A stretch of DNA of 64,000 nt from the human T2T-CHM13v2.0 reference genome, Homo sapiens, in the NCBI RefSeq assembly GCF_009914755.1, contig NC_060927.1. One strand, given 5' to 3'. The position numbers and the translations under genes were made by a program. Below, piece after piece: positions 26,772 to 41,143 of this stretch. A model generated the notes under the pieces. That model searched no databases. It was not told where the DNA came from and saw only the letters and a program-made list of their open reading frames with translations. How positions within the stretch are numbered: position 1 is the stretch's first letter; every line of letters begins with the position of its first letter.

Positions 26772-27689
26772 GATACATTTATTTTCCAGTGTATATGCAT
26801 TAAGGTTTTTTTATGCTACACTGTATTCTTCTGAGTTTTTATTTTTATAAAATGTTACTATGGAATAACAGACTTTATGTCATGTACACTAATACATTAA
26901 TCTCCTTAAAATTTAATTCATCCTTTTTTATGAACAAGCATTTTTTCCAAGATAAAACTTCAAGTTTTGAATAATTTCTAATTGTAGCCTTCTCTGATGG
27001 ACGTTTTAATCAACAAAATTAAATCTTAAATGCTGTGCTACTTCATTTTATTTTATTCCCCTATTTTAGTAGTTATGCTCTTTTAACCTATGCTGATGAC
27101 TTTCACTTTAACATAATGATACAAGATTGACTAAAAGTTAGAAAATGAAATAACCCTTAAATAGTATAGATGTATAACTTTCTTCATGGTGTGATAAGCA
27201 AAAGTAAAATGCCTCATATCAAGTATCTCAAATTCTCTTAAAACTACTTAACCTTAAAGTATTGCCACTCTTTTTTGACCCAAAAAGCATGTAAATGTAT
27301 ATTGTTTGGGATTACTAATAGCAATTCTGACACTTTTGCTAATTTAATTCAAAATATTTTATTTTATGCAGTACTTCATAATTCTAGATAATTCAGTATA
27401 GAGCTACCTCAAATGTAGGCAGTTTTTATGTCAATAAACGTATAAAATGGACTGTGGACAATTTCTAAGATTTCCCTAGGTCTCTGTAGTCTAAAACCTC
27501 CTGGGGTTAACTATTGCATTTTTTAATGATCAGAAATAATTAAGAATAGACAGTGGCTTATTACTGGTATAATTCAAAAAGCCCTAAATTCTGATTCATC
27601 TATTCAGTAATCAGGCATTATGATTTATACTCTGTAAGTAAAGTTTATGAAAGACTATTTTTAGTGATCTTCATCATCTAAAAACTCAA

Positions 27690-28490
27690 ACAAGTGAGTG
27701 ACAAAGACACTTGAATAAATACAATTTAGTGTGATAATTACTACCTCCATTTGAGCCTAAAACTGAAAACAATTCTCTCTGCTTCAGTAAGTTGTGAGGC
27801 TACATGGGGAGTAGTTCTCACCTGGGTTTTGAGAAATGGGTCTGTGAGAAAGAGCAGAATGAGATAGAAAATAAGTGAGGACTATATATGCTAAAATAAT
27901 GGGGCATAAAACAGCAGAAACAACTCAAAAACCAGAAGCTCAATGTGACTGGATCATAGAGGGGATTATGGGGTTTATGGGAGGTATTATTAGCATGGTA
28001 AAATGGGTCAGGTGTAGGAAGTTCTTTCATGGAGTGTTAAGGAATTTGAAAATTATCCCATAGACATTGTGAGTTGTTTATATTATCATTAATGCAGATA
28101 AATAACACAAGTAAGTAAAAGGACTTTAAACATAATCTTTGTAGCCACTAAAAAGGGAAAGACTTGAGGCAGACATACAATTCACTGAAATAGTCCAGGC
28201 TAAAATAAAGACCTTTATTAGGAGGCGCAATCAAAAGGAACTCTGAGACTTAAAAATGGAATTTGTAACCAAGATCCAGACAAATGAAAGTAATCCTCAT
28301 TTGCCAGTCAAAATCTCAGTGAAGTTTTGATTATATGGGGTTGGAGGAGCTGAGGGTCCTGCAGCTGGATATTTACACATAGTTAGCAATATGAGTCTGG
28401 AGACTTCTAGAGGAACACAAGTTATAGAGACGGATTTGGAAGTCACAGACATATACATACTGTTTGAAAGCATGAGATTTGAGTGCTTTT
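27690..28490 (-). mobile_element. L2 fragment (antisense), continuing at about 29360-29700
   Basis: Purine-rich antisense L2 motifs (AAGGAATTTGAAATTATCC; GGATTTGGAAGTCA). Confidence 0.6.
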
Positions 28491-28549
28491 TCAATATAGT
28501 TCAGCAAGATTTGCTTCAAAAGTATTTGTGTCTCTCAGACTGTCATCAC

Positions 28550-28740
28550 TGCGGCATTGTAGTGAAGAGAAAATGGAACAGACTGTCACACAGACTTAAG
28601 TTCAAATACTAGCCTTGTCATCTACCAATCATCTATTGTTGAATTATTATCTCTAAAACTTAGTTTTCCTGTCTGTGAATAATGGGGATAATAATAATTT
28701 AATATTTCACAATGACTGAATGAGATAATTTAGACACAGC
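28550..28740 (+). mobile_element. MIR
   Basis: CAGACTTAAGTTCAAATACTAGC...TAGTTTTCCTGTCTGTGAATAATGGGGATAATAATA MIR core. Confidence 0.8.
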
Positions 28741-28749
28741 ATACCTTTT

Positions 28750-29045
28750 CTACAATCGTGAGATATATCAAGTTCTGAAAACTGAAAGTTTGCTTTTTTT
28801 CCTTTCTTTCCTGGTAAGTTTATTGCAAAATCATCTGTTGGCAAAATCCTACCTGACCTGAAGGCAGGCTACTGTAGTTCGTGGTAGTCATTATTTATCA
28901 TAAATTGTGTAATATTTATATGTTTGATTTGGGGGTAGTGCCAATTATGCCATATATGCAGTGTGCAGGCTTTCTAAAATTTGTGATACTCAAAAATGCA
29001 AAACATCTGGCACACAGAGTTTCAGAGAAGAGGTTATAACCCTGA
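28750..29045. mobile_element. Probable TcMar-Tigger-type non-autonomous DNA transposon inside the MIR
   Basis: Right end ACATCTGGCACACAGAGTTTCAGAGAAGAGGTTATAACCCTG resembles Tigger TIR regions; family not resolved. Confidence 0.4.
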
Positions 29046-29726
29046 ATATACAAATTGCCTATATGATATCAATATAGAATAAGTTCTTAATAACTATCAC
29101 CTACTGTTATCATTACCTGACTCTATGAACCTGCTGTTGATACCTGCTATTCAATCTTATCTTACCCAGCTTGTTGCTCATTATCTATATAATATTTTTA
29201 TGCTTAACAAATTGACCTCGTTTTGACTTTGGTTTCTTACAGATGTCATTTCCTAGGATTAATACTCTTCTTCCTCTTTTCAGATAAACCTCATCCCAAC
29301 TCCTTCTCAGTCTGAAGTCCCAACAGTAGCCACAGTTGGTGCCTGATTTTCCTAAATCCCTCAAAACTAAGGAGAGTGTATTGAATAATATTCAAGAAAA
29401 ATATGATGAATGATAAGAGAATAGGATTTAGAATTAAAATTCTAGGAAAGATAAAATCTAAAGAGCATGGCAGTCAGAGGAGGAAACTAAGGAGGAAGAC
29501 AACAGAAATAACAGCGTCAAAGAATTCAAGAGAAGAGAAAGATTTGGGAAGAAGTCGTGGTCAAATGTGTCACATGCCAGAGAAATACAATCAGATAAGG
29601 AATATGAAACCACTGGATTAAGTGTTGTATCACTGAGAAGCAAGAATAAAACTGTAGTATTTTGACACACGGAAGAAAGTGATGAAAATTACTGGAGTTT
29701 ACATGTGCATAATACATGATACTAGG

Positions 29727-30127
29727 TGTATTAGTCTGTTCTTACACTGCTAATAAAGACATACCCCAGACTGCGTAATTGATAAAGAAAAAGAGATTTA
29801 ATGGACTCACAGTTCCTCATGGCTGGGGAGGCCTCACAATCTTGGCAAAAGACAGATGAGGAGCAAAGGCACATTTACGTGGCAGCAGTCAAGATAATGT
29901 GTGCAGGAGAGCTGCCCTTTATAAAACCATCAGATCTCATGAGACTTATTCCCTATCATGAGAACAGCATGGGAAAAACTGATTTTTTCAGTTCAATTTA
30001 AAAAAATCATGATTCAATTTACCCATGATTCAATGACCTCCCACTGGGTCCCTCCCAAGACACATGGGGATTATGGGAGCTACAATTCAAGATAAAGTTT
30101 GGGTGGGAACACAGCCAAACCATATCA
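29727..30127 (-). mobile_element. THE1 (B/C-like) solo LTR
   Basis: TGTATTAGTCTGTTCTTACACTGCTAATAAAGAC...CAGCCAAACCATATCA; TSD CTAGG/GTAGG. Confidence 0.95.
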
Positions 30128-30846
30128 GTAGGTATGATCAAATCATGAAATGTTACTTGTTTCAGAATATATTCTATTGCATCCTGCTCCTGCAAGTCCA
30201 AAAGTACAAGAACACATGTTTAGTCCTAATTCAGAGAAATGAAATGAATAAATCCACATGGAATACATTATATAACATATACACTTATATGTTTTATATT
30301 TATATATACAATGGAGGTTATATTAGACTTCTGCAAAAAATGTTTGTTGCTTCAATAAGAAAAACTTTTTGTTGCAATTTTTATAAGGAAAAAGTAATAT
30401 GTATTACTTATTAGTTGATGTTGCAAAGCTGATGCTTAACACCACAGTCTTTTCTTTTTTCATAATCATTATGACAGCATGTTTTGAACACCCTGCATAG
30501 GAGAATCACCAAGACCAATAGCAGGCTATGCAGGAGTGAGAGATAGATAAACTTTTGTTGTAGTCCAGTAACCAAAAGATAGGGTTATTTATAATCTATA
30601 TCATCTTAATTCATATAAGGTCACAGATTAAAAGAAACAAATATTTTATCCTCCCTTCTACCTTGAATTAGACCATATAATAATGTGCATCAGATATTAA
30701 AGAGCTGCTTTTATATTAAAGTGATACTTTGGCTTGCTTTCTTACTTCCCTTTTATGCTCTCTCAATGTTCTAGGAAATAAAGTTGCCCCTATCTGCTTA
30801 CAAAGACAGCCAGTTAGTTCTCACTTCCTCTAAAAGTGCATTCTCT

Positions 30847-31925
<1,079 letters not shown>

Positions 31926-32813
31926 AAAAGTGCATTCTCTCCCCTGTGTCTTTCTAGACTTGTGGCAATTAAGAATATCTCCTGCAGACATAAGGGGAGA
32001 TATTTTGGTGCATTTCCATTAACCTATGCTGAAATTATGACAGCACATATGCTAACAAATAATTCTACTAAATATGTCCAAGTTATATATCTTTCTAAGG
32101 TGAAACAATAAAGATAGGACAAAATTAGGTAAAGAAGCAGAGGGCCGAAAGGAGTTGAGGGGACCTGTGGACATTAAATTTCACCAAGCCAGGTGTAGAA
32201 TGAATTTAAATACACACACTAACTGTCTCATAGATATATTCACATGTATTACACCTGAGACCCAATATTTTCTTTCTAAAAAATAAGCAACTTAAATTGA
32301 CCCAGGAAAGCCTTTCATGCAGTGATTCAATAGTCAATCTCATGTTTAAAGGAAGAAAATAGGAATCACAAAATTAACAGTGACTCCATACTACATGTAT
32401 TTGTTTAAAAAGGGGGGGGTGACTATTTTTCTTTCCATGCTATAAAATTGGGTCTTCATTGAAAGTAAAAACTCCATAGTTCAAAATGTGTGATTTCACA
32501 GGCAATATTTCAAAGTGATATCTTTAATGTATTTACAGGTAAGTAGTGATAATGTCTCAAAAAGGATTTCCAAAGAAATGATTTCCAACTAAAAGATAAA
32601 TATTAACCTAAAACACTATTCTCACATATGTGCCTTAGTATATATTTTTATTTTATTTAAATCTGATGAGTAACACAGGGCTTGTTTAATATTGCTTCTT
32701 TTACATTTTTTGGACTTGACTAAAGGTATATGTACAAGCCTTTTAAACATTTAAAAAATTACCCACATTCATGGACATTCAGCCTCCAGGTTTGTTATGG
32801 TATTGGTGATACT

Positions 32814-32933
32814 TTTTTTTTATTTTTTTTATTTTATTATTATACTTTAAGTTGTAGGGTACATGTGCACATTGTGCAGGTTAGTTACATATGTATACAT
32901 GTGCCACACTGGTGCACTGCACCCACTAACTTG
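32814..32933 (-). mobile_element. Very short L1PA2/3-like 3' tip
   Basis: T-rich tail then TATACTTTAAGTTGTAGGGTACATGTGCAC...CACCCACTAAC; TSD TTGGTGATACT at 32803 and 32937. Confidence 0.92.
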
Positions 32934-33414
32934 CAGTTGGTGATACTCTTTAGCTACAAACAAGGCAAGGATGATATTTCTAGATTTATCAAAGTTCATG
33001 ATATTCTGGAAACCTGAATGAGACCTCTGGCAATTCACCTAAGTACGCTTCACCTTTCTTCGCTTCTGGTGGATTTCGTTGTAAGAAAAAATCAAATGGG
33101 TTAAGTCACAGGGAATATAGCTGATAGCCTCAGCAGGACAAAAATAGACATATGTCTCTATTAAGGATTATACATGTGCTTATGTATCACATAGGCTCTA
33201 TCTTGCTCCACTTGGATAATTGCCCAAATTATATTTTCCTGACAGTTTGTACTAGATTAGTTACATGGTTAGGCATTAGATTGGATTATAAAATGCAATG
33301 GAAAGCTAGCATTAATTCCTTTCAAACTGTGTAAAAAACATTACAATGTTCACACAAGCCAATTATTCTATTTAAATAAGATGTTTTAAAATTGTCATTA
33401 TTCAATCAGTCAAG

Positions 33415-33662
33415 CCCATATGATGCTTATTATGTTCAAGAGTCTGTTCTAAAGCCTTTAAAAATAACACATTTCCACTTCCCAACTACCCTCATAGACA
33501 GGTTTTATTGTTTTTATCATCCTCACTTTCCAGATGGAGTAACTTAGCTATAGGGAATTTAAGTTGCTTATCTAAGTCACAAAAATGGTAAGAAATGGAA
33601 ATGAGATTCGAACCTGGGTAGTCTAGCTGTACATCTCAAGTATTTAACCCCACTGGTATACT
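33415..33662 (-). mobile_element. MIR (near full length)
   Basis: ATCCTCACTTTCCAGATGGAGTAACT...GAGATTCGAACCTGGGTAGTCT (B-box-derived) antisense MIR. Confidence 0.85.
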
Positions 33663-35187
33663 AACAGTTTATGTATTTTAGAATCCAGACTATCTCATCT
33701 GAATGCTAGAATATTACAACCTGGATTTATTTCAATATATCTCTATTGTTCATCTTTCAGTGTATCCAGCTGTACTGCTCCTGGTAAAAGGTAGTTTAGT
33801 GAAAACTATTTATCTTAATTTGCTAGTCTCATGAGGAAGGAGACAGGGCAAGGCAAACAGGAGTTGTGAAAAGATGGTTTCTGTGCTCCCACAAATCTTA
33901 AGACTATTTTGTTCCTCTCTCCTCCAAGAACAAAAGCACATATTCTGCCGGGGTCAGGCTTGAGAAAGAAGCACTTAACGGGAACCTGCCCTAACAAAGG
34001 TGTAATAATCTTTTATTTGGTGTAAACGGCACTAAATGTGCCCTCAAATAAACTCATTTTCTTCATGCTGAGGCTCACAGATGGATGTTATTAACCATGT
34101 GTGCCATCTGGTAACTTCCTTTTTTAGCTAATCATTCTTGTTAAGTAGGTGCTAAGTCTTTACAATTATTATTTTCATGTTGTACCCTCTAAATTTGGGT
34201 GAACTGGGGCAGAGTACCAATTGTCCCTTTCTAATTATAGTTCTGTGGCCTGAATGTGAAACTCCAGGAACCAAAATCAGACAGTGAGTAAAGTATTGAG
34301 CAAGTTGAGCTCTAAATGTTCAAGCCTAAAACAACATCCAACTTTAAGTTTTATATAAAAAACAAGAGGAATTATGTTTACATCTCATGAATTACTGTGG
34401 TTACAGAAAATAGAAACCTAAAGTTTCAGTTGCTCAGGAATTTTCAGTCTACATAAGTATAAAACATTAGGACATTATTGTATGAAAGTGCATTTAGAGG
34501 ACTTTTTTGACAAATTAAACCTCTTTATTAACTTCAGACGAATTATAAGGCATGACATATTGGAAGACACATATTTTGTGGTTCTGTGCTACATGAATTA
34601 TACTGAACTACCTCATTGTTCATACTATTGGGATGATACACAATTAGGGTCCTTTTTATTTATTTATTTATTTTATCTTGCAAGAAACGACAACTACGTA
34701 TATGAACAAAGAGGCAACATTTTACAAGCTACATAACACCTTGGCATTTAAAAACAACTCATTTATTTTATTATTTAATTTGTTCTTATATGTTCAGTTT
34801 TACATCTTTATACATTCTTAAACATTCAGTCACTGAAGAATAATATTAAGTATAATAAAAAAATACCTATAGTTCAGACATTTGTAAAAGTTGAAATTTA
34901 TGTCCTTTATTGTTTTTGCTTTTTTTACATAACAGGATAGGTTAATTGGAAGTGGAAGAATAAAAACATTTCTTTTGTATTCCCTTTTATTTCTAATAAC
35001 TCAGGTTTGAAATCCTGACAATAGCATAAGAGATGAGACTGGCTTAAATTTGTAAACTCTCTGCTTTAATGCTTGTTATCTAAATACGAAAGAGAGAAAT
35101 GTATGGTTTGACTAAGGAATCAAATATTATTAAAGCATATATACCAGTACTATAGCCATTATATTTCACATGTTTTTTTATCATGCA

Positions 35188-35548
35188 TGTATTACTCAGA
35201 GGAAGCTACCTGCTATAACAGGTATCCCTAAAATCTCATTTATATAGCACAGTAAAAGTTTATTTTTTATCTACATTCATCCAATCAGGTTTTATCAGGC
35301 AGCCTTTTATATTCAGGGATCAGGCACCAAGGGCTTCATCCAAGGACCTCAAAGTCCTTCACTGGATTCTTTGCCTTCAGCCATCTGATAAGCAATGAAA
35401 GATAAAATTAAGATCATTTCTGCCCACATTCTGTCAGATAAAATTTGTCATATGGCTCTTCCTAAATGCAAAGGTTGGAAACATGGTCTCTCTGTTTTCC
35501 CAGAAGTAAAATGTAATGAACTGGTGAAGACATAGCATGGTCTTACAT
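35188..35548 (-). mobile_element. MLT1I/J-like LTR
   Basis: TGTATTACTCAG...GCTATAACA...CATTTCTGCCCACATTC...GTCATATGGCTCTTCCTAAATGCAAAGG. Confidence 0.7.
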
Positions 35549-38500
35549 TCTGAGAATCCCTATATTTATCAATAATTTGGGTATTTTGTCAGTTAATATC
35601 CAAATAATGAAGACAGCTTGTTAAATTCAGTTTTGGTTAAACAGCTTGCTAGCAATTAGCTTCTGATCCACATGATTTTAGTTTATTTTGGATGCAGCCT
35701 ACTTAGTATTTCAAGTGGTATGAATTAGAATCCTCAACAGAGAGAATCTAATAACAATCTTCCAAGCTCTTCAGGAGTGCCGTTTCTATTTGTTCAACAA
35801 ACTACCGATTTGCCTATGCCTGATTTAACAGTAGAAAATACCTTGCTCTGTCTTCAAATACATTCTGGGTTTTTAAGGGGATGGAATCAGAAAAATCAGT
35901 GGTTGGTATACATCTCATTTACCACATTGACTGCTAGTCCTGCAGCAAGCAAAGCAGTCTTTGAAAGTGCTGAATAATGTCACCCCTGTTCTGGATGAAT
36001 ACCACATGCCACGTTATCACCTCCTTATTAGTAATAATAAATTGAACCATCATGAATGAAGCATTCAAGATTTACAAACACTTAGAAATATGTTTTCTTT
36101 AAGATATGCATAACGTATAAATCAAGTTTAATTTTGTGCTTGTTCCTAGAAGCAGCATTGGAGCTCAAAAAGTCAGCTGCCTAATTCTTCTAGAAAAGAA
36201 ATTAATTTTCAGAATATGTCTAGTAATTCAGAAATCAAACAGTTGTTAGTTATGGAAAGGGAAATCAAGAGCATTGCAAGAATCTAAGCATCTAAGCACA
36301 ATAAACTTGAATTTGATGCAATGCACATGATTGTATGGATATCTAATTTTCACAGTGGAAGTTCATCAGATCTAAGTTGAACTATCAATATTTCTGAATT
36401 GAATGAAAATTAGCTAGCAATGAATTAATTGATATCTCCCACTGATAAGACTTCCATTGAATTACATGGGATATAAAGAAATACAGCTATTAAAATGAGG
36501 AAAAACAAAATTAACTATAAAGAGCTTCATAGTCTGATTGCAAACTGAATAGCAATATAGTGAATTATGAAAGGTCAAATGACTCATACATTCAATTACT
36601 GGCTAAAACACTGTATCTTAACTCTTGATGAAGGATGAAACCCATAGCCAAATCTCTTTATTTTTTTTCTTTTAAAAAATCCAAAATTAATAACAGTTAG
36701 AGCATGTTTTAGCAATCATGCTCCCCACACCACCAGACTCTATACAATTATTTTAGGATGTTTCAGTATGCACAAGTTGTTTTGATTGACCTGACCAGTC
36801 AAAGCAGTCCATTGATTTCTCTCAAAGCACATTCTTGACTACAGTTTCCTTAAATTCCTGCTGCTTCTACCATTTAGATTCAAGTACAAAGAAGAAATAC
36901 GTAGGTAAAGGAAATAATTATAGTCTTATGTGGAATATATCACTTAATGAGTCACACACATCATTCCATTGATTTAACAAGAAATGAAGAGAATCCTAGA
37001 CACCTGATTATCTATAGCACCAGAGTAGAATATCATACCCCCTTCCTGTCAACAAATTGAGTTCACCACATCCAGTATCTGACTGTGGTAAACATATAGT
37101 TCAATGTTTTCTTAATAGTGATCTGAATTATTTAACATCTTAGTTGGACGATGAACTAGAAAACATCTAGATATCTTTTGGGGTTTGCTATGTTTCTTTG
37201 ACTTTCTTCTATCTCTCCCCCAGATCATCTCCTGGGGATAATTGTGAAACTATAACCTTAGTTATTGAGTACTGTGCTTATGATACAAATATCCCTTTAG
37301 GCTATTGAAGTATATGCAATCTCAAAAGAAAAATTAGCTCTTTTTAGAATAAAATTTTTATAGTTTTAAAACAGTCAGTACAAAAATCCCCTAAATCTGT
37401 ATTGCTACAGATTTTCACAAATAGAAGCAGGATGCAAAAAAGCATCAAGTTTGAAAATTAAATTGTAAAATCTAATTTACATATAAGAAGTAGAAACAAA
37501 GGTTAAACATTTAGTTGTAATTTTAATCTGAAAAATACATATGAACAGCCTCCAGAACTCAGTAACACAAAAAAATTGAAAATAATTGAGTTGAGTTGGC
37601 CTTTAAGAGTACACATTAGGCAGTAACTTACATGATATGATTGAAGGCTCTAAAGCACATAGCCTGATCAAAAGTTCCTTGTCCCTGAAAGAACAGGTAC
37701 TCCTACATATTTATTATTCTGAGTCTTCTGAGTTGCTTCATTAGGTACTTTTTCTAAGGGACTGGTTGCTGGATGTGGACATGATAAGATTCAGGAAAGA
37801 ATAACAAAAATGGGCAGAAGAACACCAGAAACCATCTCCCAATTTGCATTATGACTATGTCCTAAATCTTATGCAGACAGACATTGTGGTTATCATTATG
37901 CCTTATAGTTTAAATTAAAATAATAAGAACATATTAAGATGGTTATGCTTTACATAATATGTACATTTAAAAGCATGGATCTTTTTTAGATACACCTCCT
38001 TTCCTTGTCCTGAAACATCTACAAGGACACCTGTCTGCCAAGACATAAGGTAAAATTGTTCTCTTACCTTTAGAATTTACTCAGAGTATGTATTTGGTAT
38101 TTCTTTAATATAAATCCTCTTCCAAGTGATCCATTTCTGGTAATAATATACTAGTAGCAGTAGTAGGAACAATAATAAATAATACTTGAGTGCTTTCTCT
38201 TACAAGGGCTTATGAAGTAATACTGCTGTATCTGTATTCAACAAATGTTTTTCACTGACCAGAGCTATATAAGGTTGTAAATCAAAATAAACCTCTTAAA
38301 AAGACTTCCTTTTGTTCAGCCATTCCCTTGGAAAACATCACCTGGGTAATCTACAGAGGAACTGGGACCATTAAAGACTATTGATTAGTTTAACTTTGTT
38401 TATAGTCAACAAGGAGGTTGATTGACTTCTGAAACACACAGGTTAATGACTGTCTGTGAAATCCCTGATACCTAATGTCACAATATTATCCGGTAAATTA

Positions 38501-40400
38501 ACATTTGAAAAGTTTGGATTCTTGAGTTAGTTGTCAAAGAAATTATTATAGTATCTGTTAAAAATGCTTATAGTTTTATTTGTGACCACTCATTTCATTA
38601 TTAGTCTATCCCCATGAAGAGCCACTAAGAATTCTATCAATACAAAGTCAACTTGTATTGAATTACTACAAGGAACAGCGAGTAAAATTTTTTATAAGCA
38701 GAAATTCAATATTCATGCAAAACAACTTAGCCTTTGCTGCCAGGAGCCTTTCCACAGCAAAACGAAGGACCATGGTTACTTGAAGATTGTACAGAGACTG
38801 TCTTCAGTCCTTTGAAATTAAATCACTAAGTGAGCTTCCATGTATTAATATAGGGTCACTGTGGCAAGAGGAAGAAATGCACACCTTCTTGTGGCAATCG
38901 AATAACTGCAATAATTTTATGTCACTAAGCTGACTCACATACAGAAAAGGTGGTATGAACTTGTCAATGGTAGTCTAAACTCATCAGCAGACAAATGCAC
39001 TGACAGTTTGATTGTTGAAGGAGTATATTCACGGCTCTCACATCTTTGCAAATGGAAAAATGATAGTGAGATTAAAATTGAAAAAAATCTCTGGCCCAGA
39101 GTCCTGTGTGATAGCAGTAAAACATGTTAATTTCTTGACAAGCTGAAAATGTAAGATAGAAACTTCACTTGCAGTTGAATCTGGAACTGTTTCAAAACTG
39201 GAGAAGGAACTCAAATTTATAAATACTTTCAGAAATGTCTGCTTACTCACACTGTTTCAAGACAGTTTTCTCAAGGTAATGAAAAGATCAAAGTGATATA
39301 CATCTACATTTTTTGTTAAAAAGCAATAGACAAATTTTTTAATGAAAATATATTTTTTCAAAAGAGGTCCAAAAATCTCCATTATAAAAATATTTTTATC
39401 ACAATGAAGAGCTACATATTTTTCAGTGTCTTGATTACTAAAATAAAAAAATAGACTTTCAGATTTGACTTATTTAAGTAGTCATGGAAATAAGGTTAGG
39501 AAATCTAGTTAGGATGCTGACCTAAAGATAGAAATTCTATTATTCTTATGGTAAGTATACTTGTGTGAGAGCTACATACCTCAAAAATCATTGGGAATTG
39601 CAAAAAGTAAGTTTCATTAATTTTTTCAGAGTCTGGCAAAAAGAAAGTCAAGTGTTAAAAATAAAAAGTGATAAAGAAACAGGATGCATGAGCTTCATCC
39701 ACTAAAGCCATAATAATTGAATCATTCTGCCCCCCTTCTTCCATTGAGATTATAATGGCTCCATACTAGGTAAGCAAGTGAGACTAATAACAGCATCCAT
39801 CCTCATAAGCATGCCATTAAAGCAGAAGAGGATAGCAGGAGCAACAGGAGAAACAACACTATGCGTAAATCACTCTGACCTAGAAGACTGAAGCAAACGT
39901 AAAAAGAAACCGTGAAAACACAACTAGCAGCTAGTTGTGTTCTGACACAACTAGTGTCAGAAGATGTACTAGGGTGGGTTAGCTATAAGTAGTACATGCA
40001 GAAAGGCATGGCTCCTAATGCAATGTAATACATCCAGGAAAGATTTCAAAGGAAAAAAAAAAAAGATATTAGTCATCAGTAAAAAACATTGCTTGGAAAA
40101 AAAAAAAAAAAAAAAAACAGCCCTCATTAAAGTATTTGCTTGTAAGACCTAATAGCTCAAAGAAGCTACAAGAGTTCATTTTCATCTAGATGATGCTATG
40201 ACACAACTGATCATAAGCAGGTGACTTTGTATTGCATTTTTGCTTTACCAGCAAAATTGGACTAATCAGCACCCTTCAGTATTCAGTAATATTGATGATG
40301 TTAAAATCTTAGGTTTTAGTAACTATGAAGTAATTATGTTACTGCAGGACTACAGATTGTACCCATAACCCTATGTAGCTCCTCGATCCTGTTCTAAACA

Positions 40401-40705
<305 letters not shown>

Positions 40706-40921
40706 ATTGATTTTTCTCTTGGAACGTTTTTATTTTCTCAATGTTGATATTGGTATGACAACCTGGTAGAATAAGTAGAAAAATCAACACCTCAAATAAC
40801 TTCTTAACATTCAAAACAACACAATTAATTTTCTGAAGTTTAATATTTGAAGGTAATTATAAATTGCTACTATGAAAAAGATGTAGCAAAGAACTGATGC
40901 TTGGTTTTTGATGGTTTGGGG

Positions 40922-41143
40922 CAGGGATCAGCAAACTTTTCCTCTAAAGGGCCAGACAGTAATTTTCAGTTTAGTGGGACATATGGTCTCTGCCACAACT
41001 ACTTGGCTCTGCCACTGAAGTGTGAAAGCAGCGACAGACCATAGGTAAATGAATGAACATGGCTGTTTTCCAATAAGAGTTTATGTATAAAAACCAGCAG
41101 TGAGCTGGTTTTGACCCATGGGCCATAATTCATCCATCAGTGG
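40922..41143 (+). mobile_element. MER58A (hAT-Charlie) DNA transposon
   Basis: CAGGGATCAGCAAACTTTT...AAAGGGCCAGACAGTAA...ATGGCTGTTTTCCAATAA; about 220 bp. Confidence 0.9.

Noticed and set aside
32502-32544. Possible 37-nt exon ending in a perfect CAG/GTAAGT donor
   Set aside because: Weak acceptor, no partner exons, and about one such 9-mer is expected by chance in 64 kb.
38062-38140. Possible minus-strand exon ending in an AAG/GTAAGA donor
   Set aside because: Stops in all three frames and a poor pyrimidine tract; unsupported without transcript data.
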